Below, one piece after another: positions 25,101 to 37,100 of a DNA stretch of 64,000 nucleotides. Made by a program: the position numbers and the translations under genes. Within the stretch, counting starts at the first letter, position 1, and each line of letters starts with the position of its first letter. The stretch covers positions 3,658,001 through 3,722,000 of the forward strand of contig JAYWIR010000006.1 of assembly GCA_036172245.1 (NCBI GenBank), given 5' to 3'. The notes under the pieces were generated by a model. The model saw only the letters and a program-made list of their open reading frames with translations. It was not told where the DNA came from and made no database searches. Origin of the DNA: Raillietiella orientalis. Lineage: Eukaryota.

Positions 25101-28100
25101 CAAACTTTTTCTCTCTTCTTCCCCTCCTCCCCTTTTGAGACGTGGAAATTTTGCCTTGCGGACCCCCCTCCCCTACTCCAATGTGGGGCACGCACCACAG
25201 CAAACACGCGGACACCAGTGATCTCTCCCTCCCTGGGCACCTGTCCTCCATCAGAGTACCCGCGGGAAGTGGATTGGATGCTTCCGGCCCCCAAGCAGCC
25301 TGCTTTCCGTTTCCCCGGAAACGACGACGGAGGGGCAAGTGGCGCCCTTTGGCGGCACTTCCGGTGGAGCGCAGCGCAGGTGCTCTGGCGGTGGCGAGGC
25401 GCGCTGAAAAGTTTTTTACACTCTTGAGCGTTCGCCTGAGGCCGCCGTGGGATTTCTTTTTCTTTTCTTTTTGCGGCAGGAAGATCCCACCATCTCTCAG
25501 TGTTCTTCCACGAGACTCTTTCAGATCGCCTTGTCACCGTTTTTTATAAAAAAAAAAAACAAAAAAAGAATACTTTTTTTTTCTTTCTTTCAATTTTTTT
25601 GCCGTTGCGCTTGCTGCGGCCATTCCTCTTTGGCATCGTCGCGGAGACAGCAGAGGTGCGCGAAGACCGTTTCGAGCGTTTCTCTCCTGCCCGCTCGGAG
25701 GACTTCCAGCAGCCCCTACTCAGAGCTGCTCGTGGAGATGCCAAGCGCCGCCGTAGGCGAATCGTAACGGCGGTTTGCGAAAACAAAAGAGGGAACTTTC
25801 CCTCAGGCGCTTCTGTGCGGAGCATTTCGGAAGCGTGGGAGAAACGTGCGGGAGGAAAGGATTCCTCTCCTTTTCCGGGTCTCCCTTCTCCGACACAGGA
25901 ACGAGAGATTGCGCCTGCATTTCCCGCGTTTCTGACAGCTGGGATTCCATCCCTTCCTCCTCCTCCTTTCTTCTGCCTCCCCCTCCCTCTCTCTTCCTCC
26001 TCTTTCTCTTCCCTTCTTTTTCCTCCTCCTCCCTTCCTTCTTTTGCTCCCTCCTCCTCCTCGAGGACTGCTCCTCTCGGTTCCCGGACTGAGATCACGGA
26101 GAGCGTCCCACCGCCGGCTTTCGGCCTCACCGCCAGAGGGCGGCGCATCCCGTGGAACGGGCGCAATAGGTACCCGTTCCACGGAAGCAGCAACGGTCGG
26201 CTCTGCGATTTTCGTGCTCACCCGATCCTGATTGGCCGCATTGAAGAGCGCACAGGAGAGCGCGCCGGTGCCGAAGAGAACTCCGCACTCGTCTGCCTTG
26301 AGGACGTCTCCGTGCCCCATCTCCCTGGAGTGCCCTGGAGCACAGAGAGCGGGCCCTGCACCCCCAGCGAGAGCAGCTGTCGCGGTCCAACGCCCCTGCT
26401 CCGCCTAGCCGCTTGACACCGTCCATCGGGACGCAGGAACGCCACCGCAGGGTCCGGCCTCCGTCGCGGGAGAGTCCCCTCCGTCGCAGAAGCCGCCGCC
26501 GGTGGAGAGCGCAGGCGCAGCGCGTACGCCTCGCGCTTGCCGCCGCCGCCTACCGACCGACTAACGGACCGCCGGCGTCGGAGCAGCGGCGGCCAGTCAA
26601 AACAAACTAAAACAAAAAAAAGGCAAACAAAGAAGAAAAAAAGGTGCAGGCGGGTGCTGTGCTGAGATAAACAAAGAGCGCTCCGTGGCTACCTGGTCCG
26701 TTACTACGCTACGCCCGCTGCTGCTTCTTTTCTTCCCCTCACCCTCTGCTGTGGGTTTGCCGAGGTGGCTCACAGGTCGCGGGGTTGTGGTGTGGCAGCC
26801 CTGCGAACGCGCCTTTTATTGGGCTCCTGAGAGGGCGCCTCCCTCTGTTTTTTTCCTTTTTCCGGTGCGTTGCCTTGAGGGCTGCCGCTTGGCAACGGGA
26901 AAATGCGCTGGAAGAAAACGTCTCGGCTGCGTCGTCGTACCCCGCCACACAGGCCCAAGGCGACGACCACGCCACCCCGGAGTGGCTTCCGGTAAAGAGC
27001 GCGCACCGGCGGTGGAGACTCGCGACGAGGAAAACCGGTCCGCTGCCTCCGGCAGCGCTCGGCGGAAGGCCTTCCGCCCGTTCTGAAGCGACACCTGGCG
27101 AGCGCCACCGCGAGCGACCTTGGCGAAACAGCGAGACACGGCTATCGTGCCTCCGGGACGTCAGTCTCGTACCGCGACGGAGCCAATACCCTCTCCCCCG
27201 ACCTTTTTCGGCCCTTTCTGCGCTGTCCGTGCTCCCCGTTCTAGTTCGGAGGTTCATTCGCAGGCCAACGGGAACCTTCCTCGGGACCGCCTGCTCCTCC
27301 TCTTCCCTTCTTCGTGCTCTCTCCCCAGGTGCTGCCTCCTGAGGGGTGGTCACGATGGTCTGTAAAGCACCGTTCATGCGAACAGAGGGTATACGCGTGC
27401 CTTGAAGTACGTGCCTACGTACGTGGCTCTTGAAGTTACAGGGCTGGTGACCCCGGAGAATCCAACCCTTATGAATCCAGGAGGAAGGAGTGCATGCCTC
27501 TCACGCTTGAAGAAGGAAGGAGCCCCCTCGTTTTCTCCGGAGGAACCCCCCCCCCGCTACGTAGGGGTCGCTCCTCGAGTCTCCTCCACCAGGAACCCTC
27601 TAGGGAACGGCTGTTTGCTACATCCTCTGAAGACAACCCCGAAGTGCCTCTTAATGTCCTGGAAGGGACCCCGGAGGGTCGACTTTCAATCCCTGCGGTC
27701 ATTCAACGGTGCTCGTGCGATGGCGGTGAGCCTTCCGTTCCGGGCAAGAGCGGGCAAGCTTTCGGAGAGCACTTCCGGTCGTCCCCCTCCCCGGTTCGGA
27801 CCGGGAGACCTTCAACCTTGCCACCTCCTCACGTCCCCCTTTCGAGGGCTCCATGGCGCCCCCGTGAGCTGACATGCCGCCTTCCGTCGGCAGCTCCTCC
27901 ATCCCGCGGGAATCGGGGGCACCTTCCCGCCCCGGAACGAACCGCGGCCCCCACCTGGAGCCACCTTCCGCGCGCTCCATCGACCCACGGCCGAACCTGC
28001 GGTCTGCCCGCTGCGCCGGCTTCGCCCTCGCCCCGCTGTCAGCCGGAGAAACGCCAAGCGACCGCGCCCTCCGTCTTCCGGAGGCTGGGTCCGGAGTACC

Positions 28101-31100
28101 AACGGCGGCAGGGAAAAGACGAAAGGCATTCCGTCGTTTCATCCCCGGGATGAAAGTGGTTGTTGACCCTCCGTGGTCCAAAGAAGACCCTCTTTGTGGC
28201 CATGGAGCTGGTTGACCCCCCCCCCCTCCGCCTTGAGGGGAGGACGCTGCTCTCCAGAGTGCCACTCCTTTCGGAGTTCTCTCCAGAGGAGGAGGAACGG
28301 AGGGGCGGTTCCCTTGCGGGCTCCCTCCGGAAAAGAAACGACGGAGCAGCCCCCTTCGGGGGCAACCAAGGTGGAGGGAGTCACTTCTGGGTTTTCTCCC
28401 TAGAGTGAGAGCCTTCCTGGATTCACAGGGTGCTCCCCTCCCGGGTTGCCCTCCTATCCTTGAAGAGTTACGCGCATCCCCGAGTGGTGTGGGCGGTGCT
28501 TCAAAAGCTCTTTGGCCACCTACACACCCATCCACTCCCTCGAGGAGGTGGGCGGGTCTTCAGCACTGGCCAACCAAAAGCAAAAGCAGGAAGGGAAGCA
28601 GGGAAAAGGGGATTTCCCCATCCATGAGCGGGTGTCCGAAGAGGAAGATGGCAGTGGGAACCCTGGAGAAGTCGTGACAGCCTGTGGGATACCCGGGAAC
28701 AGCGGCTTTTTTTTTCCGCGGACGTTCCCGGAAAAAATTCACGGGCAGCACCAGACGCTCGCCCCGTCCCTTCTGCCGCCGTTCCGGACGCCCGGAAATC
28801 CCGACCTGAGCGTAGGCGGGCCCTCCTTCCCCTCTCCCCCTCCTCCGACCCCAACCTTTGGTTGGGATCCGGCGCGTCCCTGGTTTTCCCCGGAAGGACA
28901 CCCCCCGGGGTGACCGGGTGATGAATTCCCCCCTCCGTCGCGCGCGCGATCGAACGGCCGCAGCGCGTGCATCGACCCGAGAGCTTCGCCTTTTTCCTCC
29001 CAGGCGGCGGGGCACGCGTGCGACCGGCGACCGCTCTCGCAGCCTCGGGCTGTCGCGACCCTTCTCCGGGGATCCCGTTGCTTCCTTGGCTCCGCGGATT
29101 CCGGGCACTGCGATCCACTCACTCCGACCCCTCTGCGCCCCCGCTCTCGCAACTGCTTGGCTTCCGGCAACCGAAGTTGCTTCCTCGCGCCGCTGCCGGA
29201 CGAGGGCGCGGCGGGCCGGGGATCTCCTCCACCCTGCGGGCACCAGGCGGTTCGGTCGAGTCTGAGGGACGCGTGAGCAATGGCGCAAAGAGGGGAGGGC
29301 GCCGCCAGGTCCGAAGCAAAGCCGCTCGCGTCGCGCTCTGTGTGGTTTTTCCAGAGCTGCCGGCAGTGACGCAGCCGCGCAGCGCTCGAGGCGACGCCCG
29401 GTTGCGTTCTTCCGCGAGATGCAGGGAAGAGCGCCGACGGGAGCGACTTGCCGGGACACCACCCCTCCCCCGCAGCGAAACGGCCGACCTTGAGGGCGAG
29501 GGACCGGAACGACTCCCCTCTCTAGAGACAAACGTGAGCTTTTAGGTCACACCAGTATCCAGGGCATCCTCCAGCCGGGACGGAATCAGGGCCGCGGCCA
29601 GCGGGCGCGACCGTCGAAGCGCCCTCTCGCGAGGCGGTGGTCCGCCGACCGCCGCGCGCTGCAGGGCCCGAGGAAGCGCGGGCGATCCCTTTGAGGCGCA
29701 AAGGCCGGACGGAGTTGCCCGCCTGTGCATCTCGGCGACGCGCGTTCGCGTGTGACCCGTGTGCTGGTCTGCGCAGGTTCACCCTTGCTGCGGAGGGAGG
29801 GTCCCCTCCAGCACACAGGGAGGCAAGCCACGCCCCCGGGTGATGGCGCGCGCGTCGAAGGCCCTGCCAGTCCTCCCCCGCCGCTGCTTGGCCCGCCCTG
29901 GCGTTGGTCTGTTGCCGTGGACCGCCGCCGCGCGCGACCCCAAGCCTGCGGAGGTTGTCGTCTAGCGGCGAAGGGAGCGCGCGCGTGAGCACGCACGCGC
30001 TCCGCTGTTGCCCCGCGAGCAGCCCGCGGGTCAGGGCATCTCCAGCGTGGAGGCTCCCCGTTCTTCGTCAGCTCCCGAGCGTGGACAGTCGCCCGCGCAT
30101 CACCACGTCAGGGCGCATCACAGAGGGCGCCTCGGGCGAGGAACGCGTCCGAACGGGGATGGCACTTCAGTCATTCCTTCTCGACCGTCCCCGACCCTTC
30201 CTCTCCCGTCCCTGGAGCTCGGGTGCAGGGCAGCAGGAAGAAGGCAGAGGGCGCCGTGCACCCATGCGATCTCGGGTCGGGTCGCGTCCAGCCCGCTGGC
30301 GCTTCGTCCGTGCGGTCTCGGCGACGGAAGTCCGGAGGGCCTGCGCCAGCGGGAACGGTTCGGGATCCACGCGTCCCCTTCCCGGCACGAAGGGCGGGCG
30401 GAGCAATCCGGCTGCATTGCGCCGCTTCCCGCCCAAGGAGACTGACCGCGGAGCCCATTGTGCTTGGTTCCCTCCGCCACCGGAGGAGCAGCGGGTGCGC
30501 GCCAGCCGACGGGGTAACGTCCGACGCCTCTCGCGGGCAAGAGACCGCCGCTTCCTCGGCAGCTTCCGTCGTCTAGGCGACGAGGCCTCGAGTCCCCCCC
30601 CCAGGGGGAGGCAGCTCTCAGTCTCCCTTCGCTGGCACGCCCGGTCTCAGGTGCGGCGACGCGCTCGGGAGCCAGGCGTGGCAGGAGCAACTCCATCGGG
30701 GGCACCAGGGACCAATGTCTATCGCTGCCGCCTCCCCCGTCCAGCCTGAAGGCCTTCCCTGCTGCAGGACGCGCCCCGGCGCTCCTTCTTCGGCCCTTCG
30801 ACCTTCTCCCGTGTGCCCTCCCTGCCGCCGACACTCAGGGCTGCTGGGTCGGACACGCGGGGTCGCTGGGGCGCGCTGAAAAGATCCACGCCCCGTCCTG
30901 TCCGGTGACCCAGGACGCGCGCCTCCCCGGCTGTCCCCCGGAGGATGCCCGAGGGCTCACTGCTATTCTTCCCTGCCCGCGCGCCCTACCGCCCACATCG
31001 ACCTCCTCCCGTGCCGCCCGCTTCTTGCGCTGCCGCCGTGCAAAGAGCGCCAGGCTCGGGGCGCAGCGCCCAGTAGGATTCCCCCGCTCCGGAAGTCACC

Positions 31101-34100
31101 TCCTCCCGCTACCCCGTCTTCGTCGTCACCTCCTCGGTCGCGCGGGGCAGCCCCCGCAGCTCCTGGAGTCTGGCGGCCCAGCTTGGCGGCGGCGGCTCAC
31201 ATGATGCCTCGTGCGGTGACCTCTCCGCCCGTCGCTGGCTCTTGCGCTGCCTCCTGTAGGGTCCACTCCCTCGAGGAGCGAGGAAGAGGGGAACTCTCCG
31301 GCGATACTGACGTCATGCGCGCGCGCACCGCGGCGGCGGGGTGAGGTGTTCGGGAGGAGGTCGGAAAGTGAGCCGGCTTCGGCGCGGGCAGTTCCTCTCC
31401 CCTCCCCTTCTGCTCCGGCTCCCGCCTTCCGCGTCCCGGAATTCCCTTTCGTTCGAGGAGTGGCTTTTCCTGCCCGCTGAGGACGAACCGCTAAGGAGCG
31501 CGCGCCTGCATCGCTCCTCCGCTCTCCCCTCCCGGCGCGGCGTTTCGCGAAAATCCAACAATGCCGTTTCCGGTCGCATTGTTGCATTTCCGGCGATCGC
31601 GCCGAGTTGTCCCGATACCGCCATTTCTCCCTTCGACGTAAGGGTATGCGTGTCGCGGCCCTCTCGCCGTGCCCCTGCGCCGGTGAGCGGTCTGGCTGAG
31701 ATGTGATCCCCCAATCGGTGCACCAAGGTAAATGAGGCACCTTCCCGTGGGAATTCCCAGTCTGATCCTGTCAGGCCGCTTCGCCCACTTCGTCGCTAGG
31801 CGTCCCTAGCGGTATGACCTCTGCTTGCTCGCGCGGCCACCTGCTCTCCGGTGGACAAATGTTTCGGTTGACACTCCTTGGTTGACATCCGGGTGGGGGT
31901 GCCGCCGGCGCGCAAGGTCAGGAAGCCGGCAGGACTGCGTCAAGGGTTTTTCTTTTTTTTTTTTTTTCCTTGCAACCTTTCCGAGCTGAAGAGCGTAGAG
32001 CGTGGACAATCCCCCTTCTTTCCGGGACTCTTTTCCTCACCGTACACGTGGGGGGGGCTGCCGAAAGAGATGGCGATTGGTGCCCTGAGCCATAGCGAGC
32101 GCAAGCAGGGAAAGTGCGGGAGGGCGGCAAAGTTCCAGGAGTTCGTGCTGCAGCGGTCTCTGCGGGCAAGCCAGGGTCCCTCGATTCCTCCTTCTCCTTG
32201 CGGTGTCCCGCCCTCAAGCTCTCCGGGTCTCGACCAGTCCGCGGACCGTCTCGAGGTCAACCGCGTGCTGAATACAAGGCACCGTGCCCGCACGTGGAAC
32301 GGACGTGGCTTCCAGCGAGCCCGCACTCTGTGGCCAGTTATGCAGTCCACCAGTTCTTCCCGGAACTTGGCTCCCGAGCTCGATGGTGTGCCCGGAAGCC
32401 AGTTGTGCAAGGCCGCCGCACGGGTGCCAAGGAAAGGAAGCTGCTGCTCCTCGGATGGCTTCCCTGGGCTCCTGCAACGGGCGGCGACCTCGTCGGCGAG
32501 GGTGGCTGGCGGCGACCTTTGTCCAGCCCAGAGCGGATCTGATTTTTTGAAAAGAGCGATTGTCCGTGGTGCTTCATAGAGATAACAACAGAGGGGGATC
32601 TACCGTACGTTCTTCCCTATGATGTGTACATATGTTCTCTCCACATGCACAATTATGTGCATGAAATACATACTGCGAAGGCCATTTGAAGGTTCATTGT
32701 GATTCTGGCCTTTTCTAATTTGAGTGTTTCTATTCATATAAGTTTCATTTTGCCAAGGGTAGTCATTACCGCATATAATGTAGAGGGAGGATTTCTGAAT
32801 TAACCGAGCATACTTATATTACATTACTACGGGCAGGAAACATTGCATTTGTAGAAATATTTTGGAGAGAGACGGCCGAAGGTACTATTCGTGCTTGGGA
32901 TGTCGGCAAACACATGTAATACTGTGGAGCATGGTCGAGGAAGAATGAAAGCGTGCGGCAACCGGTTGCCTGCGCTCCATGGCAACGGACGGAAGTGGTG
33001 GCGGTTTTTTTTTTTTTTCGCCGGGGGTCCTGAATGCAGGCGCACCTCCCTGCGAAAGTTCGCCGGCAGAGGGGCAGCAGCTCCTTCCGGTACGTCCGAT
33101 GGCGACCCTTCGAAGGCGCACGGAGGGGATGAGTCAGGGAGCGCAGGTCGCAGGCGAGGCGACCAACGACGATGAGGGACCACGCGCAGTGAACCAGGGA
33201 GATCCGTGCCCTCCCCCTCTGGGTGCAAGGAGGGCGAGGCGAGGTCCCCCGTCAGCAGAAGTTTGAGTGAGGAGGAGGAGAAACTCCAGGGCTTCCTTGG
33301 GCAACTCAGGGGGAAACGGAGAAGCGGAACCGCTCGGGAGCATCTCGGTCCGCAACCAGGCAACTAAGCGTTGGTTCTGTCGGTTGCGTTTTCGGGCGGA
33401 ACGAGACGAGATGCGGCAATCGCGTGTGGGATGACGTCACGTCCCCCCTCCCCTCCCTTCCAGCCTGGGAAAGCAGGGCACGTGGGCGGGAAAACTCTTC
33501 CCTTCCGGCTGCAGAATGGGCACGCCGCACTTCGATCTTTGTGTTTTGCAGATCATTGTTGTCCCCCACTCCCACAATGATCCAGGGTGGCTGAAGACGT
33601 TCGAGGAGTATTACCATCAGAGCACGAAGAAGATACTGGACAACATGATGAAATACCTGACGAAGAACCAACACTCGACGTTCATCTGGACTGAGATATC
33701 GTACTTGGCCAAGTGGTGGAAAGAGTAAGTCGCAAGGACTGGGAAGGGCCCGCGCGCCGTCGAGAGCCGTCCGGCCCACTGCCGGTTACGCTGCGCCCGT
33801 CTCGTCTCGGTCCCTGGTCGGGACGCGAGCCGCGGAACACGGGGTGTCCGCGGGTGCACCCCGGTGCCCCTCAAGGAATGCGCGCGCGCAGGCGCGCGTG
33901 CCGTTTGTGCGAGGGCCCGAACCCGTGGACCGAAGGCCAGCCCTCTTCCCCGTCGCGAGTACTCCCTTGGTCAGCACGCACGCCTGCCGACGAGCTTGCA
34001 GGCTGCCGGAGCTGACCTGCGCCTTGGACTCGATCGGTCATCATCGAAGATTCATGCCTATCGCTGCTCCTGCTCAGACCCCTCTCCACCTTGCAGGGCC

Positions 34101-37100
34101 GCACAGGCCTGGCTTGGGATTTCGCTCTTTTTGCCCGCCAACTCCCTTTCGAGAGGTTTCTTTTTCCTTTCCTTCTTGTTATCTTTGAGAAGAGAGAAGT
34201 TTGCAGTGTCTCTCTCGGTCTCCGTTAATGGGGCGGGTTGAATCGGCACGGGTGTTGCCTCCCCGCAGCCTCCTCGTGGAAGCGTTTCCTCGTGTTGCTG
34301 ACACCTCGTGGTTGTCTTTCGGACCGGGGAGCTCGAAATGGCCAGATTGGCAGCAAAAACGCGCGCACCACCCACGCTTCACCTGATCCCGGAACGCCTC
34401 CCTCCCTTGGTCCTGGGAGACGCGCTGCAGCAGGTTGCTTTCCCCTTTCCTGCGGGAAGCAGAGAAGGCGGGACCGGGTCAGATTTACATCCGGTGAGGG
34501 TTGCGGTGGTAGGAACGTCCTTCCTTCGTTTGGCTCAAGGAAATGTTCGATCCCCTTGGGATTCCTCGTGATCCAGAACGCGCCCGTCCCCAGCACGCAT
34601 TCCCGGCTGCACCGGACGCTGGAGAGCACACCGCCGTTCTTCCCTGCATTCCCCCTGCCGCCTGGCAGGGATTACTCATCGGAAGCTGCGGTAGCAAAGA
34701 AACGATTGCAAGGATCTTTTGGGGATGGTCATCCAGGCGCATGGATTTTTTTTCTTTCCTTCTTTTCCTGATCGAACATTCCGTTGCTTCCTTTCTTGCG
34801 ATCGTCCAGCACACGGCGGTGGCATTTCTGGAACGAAGCCGCACCTGAGGTCTCCGAGACTCCGCCCTCCGTTCTTTGTGTTCCGCTTCTGCCGACGTTC
34901 TTCGAGTGAGCGCTCTCGCCCTCCCTGCTGACGAACGAGCAGCGCGGCAGCTTCTGACACCGTCAGCGAGAGGGTTTCGTAGCTTCAAGATCGGAGTGGA
35001 GATGGGTGAACCCGCTGGATGCTGGGAGGAGGAGAGAGAGAGAGAAGAGGGGGGGAGGTTAAATTCGGAACACACTAGGAGCGATGATTGGAAGCGGACC
35101 ACGAAAACAAGTGCTGGAGCTCCGGAGGGGTAGCTGAAAGTGAGGGTGGGGGAGGGGTGGCGGACATTTCCTGTCTGGCTTTCCCTGTCCCGGTGATCGG
35201 CGCATGCGCCGAAGGCAGGCGTCTGACACGCGCATTTCCGGTCGCAACTGGCAAAAGGACGCGGAGTGGACCGGCGCTAACGTGTCCCCGCTACTGCCCG
35301 CCGGAACTGCTCTGGCGGAGAGAGAGCGGCGGCAGCGTTTCCCTTTCGATGCTTTAAAAGACCTGCCCAAAGCGGGCAGAGGAACGCACGCAACCCAAAC
35401 GTTCCCTGAGGAGTGCGGAGAGGACCCGGCCGCTCACGAAGCCCCTGGGGCACGCGTCTCGGCAACCGGTAGGAACGAAGAAGCGGAGAAGAGGACGCTC
35501 GCAAGTCGTCCGCTAGTTTGAGCCAACTGTGCTGCTGCACCTCGAGGAAGAAGTTCCTGTTGGTGGGAGGAGCGGCGAACCCTTGAATTTCGGACAATCG
35601 GACCAAGGAAAGAAGGAGGAATAGCCTCAGCATCTTCGGTCGTCCTCCTGTTCCAGAGATCCACGCAAGCACTTCTCGCAGGAAAGGCATCAGGAGCAGC
35701 TGTAAAAGAGCATCCGGATGTCTGCGGTGCGACCCTCAGATGCAATAAGGCCTCCCCCTATCGACTGCCTCTTGCACTGAGAGGGTCGCTAGGCAACGCA
35801 ATCTGCGGGCCTGCAAGCACGCGTGCATTCGCACATACATCCTTTCGTACGTGTACCGTTTGCACAGATGTGCATGCATGGGTGTGCAAGAGTGCCTGCT
35901 CTCATCAAAATAAAATAAAATAAAAAAGGAAGCTGTTGGTTTTCAGAAAAAGCGAAAAAAATACCTGCACCACTGCGCTGATAATTTGTAGATGGTGGGA
36001 ATGAAGAACGCGCGTATGACACCGACTTTAATGAACTTGATTTAAGTGCAGACGTGTCTGCAGAAGCAGCTCTTGGAAGAGTACGATGTTGATTTGAGTG
36101 ATGCTGTCTCTTTCTCCTTTTTGTTTTATATTCAGGGGTGCCCATGCGAATAGAATGCAATTCGCCGCTATGTCCTTTCTATTTTATTTTATTTTTTTTC
36201 CCTGTCTTTGTACACATCACTGAATACGTCTCCCCCCCGCTTCCGCCCCTTCGTACGTCCGTGGAAGTCTCTAACGTCCCCAGCTTCGCATTCGCCAGGT
36301 TTAGCACCCAACCGAACACATTTGTCTTCTCTGCTGCCGTGGCTTCCTGGAATTCCCCCTGATCTCTTAATGAACTAGTGGTTAATTTTCAAAACACTAT
36401 AATGGAGCCTCGTGGCTTCATTACAGTGTTTTGAGATCACCAGCTTGCAACAGTTCTTCCCCCTCCCCCCATCCATGTTCTCGGAAGTGTGTTTGTCTTT
36501 TTTCCCTTCTCCCCCGTGAAAACTTCACCCGCTCCGCTCTCGCGGTCTTTGCGCATGAAGGAACGTCCTTCTCGGCTAATGCAAGAACGATCAAAGACTC
36601 GCATGGGAGCATCGCGTGGGGCTCGGGACTGTTGGAGCAGGCTGGGGCTCTTCCGTCGCCGGACATGTCTTCGCCGTGATCCCACGATCCCCTTAAATTT
36701 TGGATCCCCGTCGATCTTTGCACGTTGGGCAAGGACTGAAGTCCACCTTGCGGTCACGAAGCACGAAAGCGTTGTGTCGCGGATGGCATCTTCGTCGTCG
36801 TGTTGCTGCCTGCAGCGGTCGGTCGATGCTTCCTTCTAATGCATGTTTCTCTTCCTCAGTACCTCAGTTAAATATCAAGATTCCTTTAAACAATTATTAA
36901 AGGATGGTAAAATTGAGATCACTACTGGTGGATGGGTTATGACTGACGAAGCCACAGTGAATTTGTATTCCATGATACACCAGCTCGTTGAAGGTACTTT
37001 CACTTTTCGTAGTTTCCCTGTACAGCAGAGCTCTCACTTCACTTGTGGTGCCAAAGATCACATTTGAGTTTCCACTGTAAAATAATTAAGGCATTTGCAG

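Noticed and set aside
31690..31735. U1-like 5' end (ATTTACCTTGG) on the minus strand
   Set aside because: No U1 stem-loops or Sm site follow.
34500..34570. tRNA-like GTTCGATCCC
   Set aside because: A cloverleaf cannot be folded.
17200..35800. Many Arg/Pro/Gly/Ala-rich ORFs of 60-320 aa
   Set aside because: Expected in very GC-rich intronic TE debris; they overlap in all frames and lack domains.
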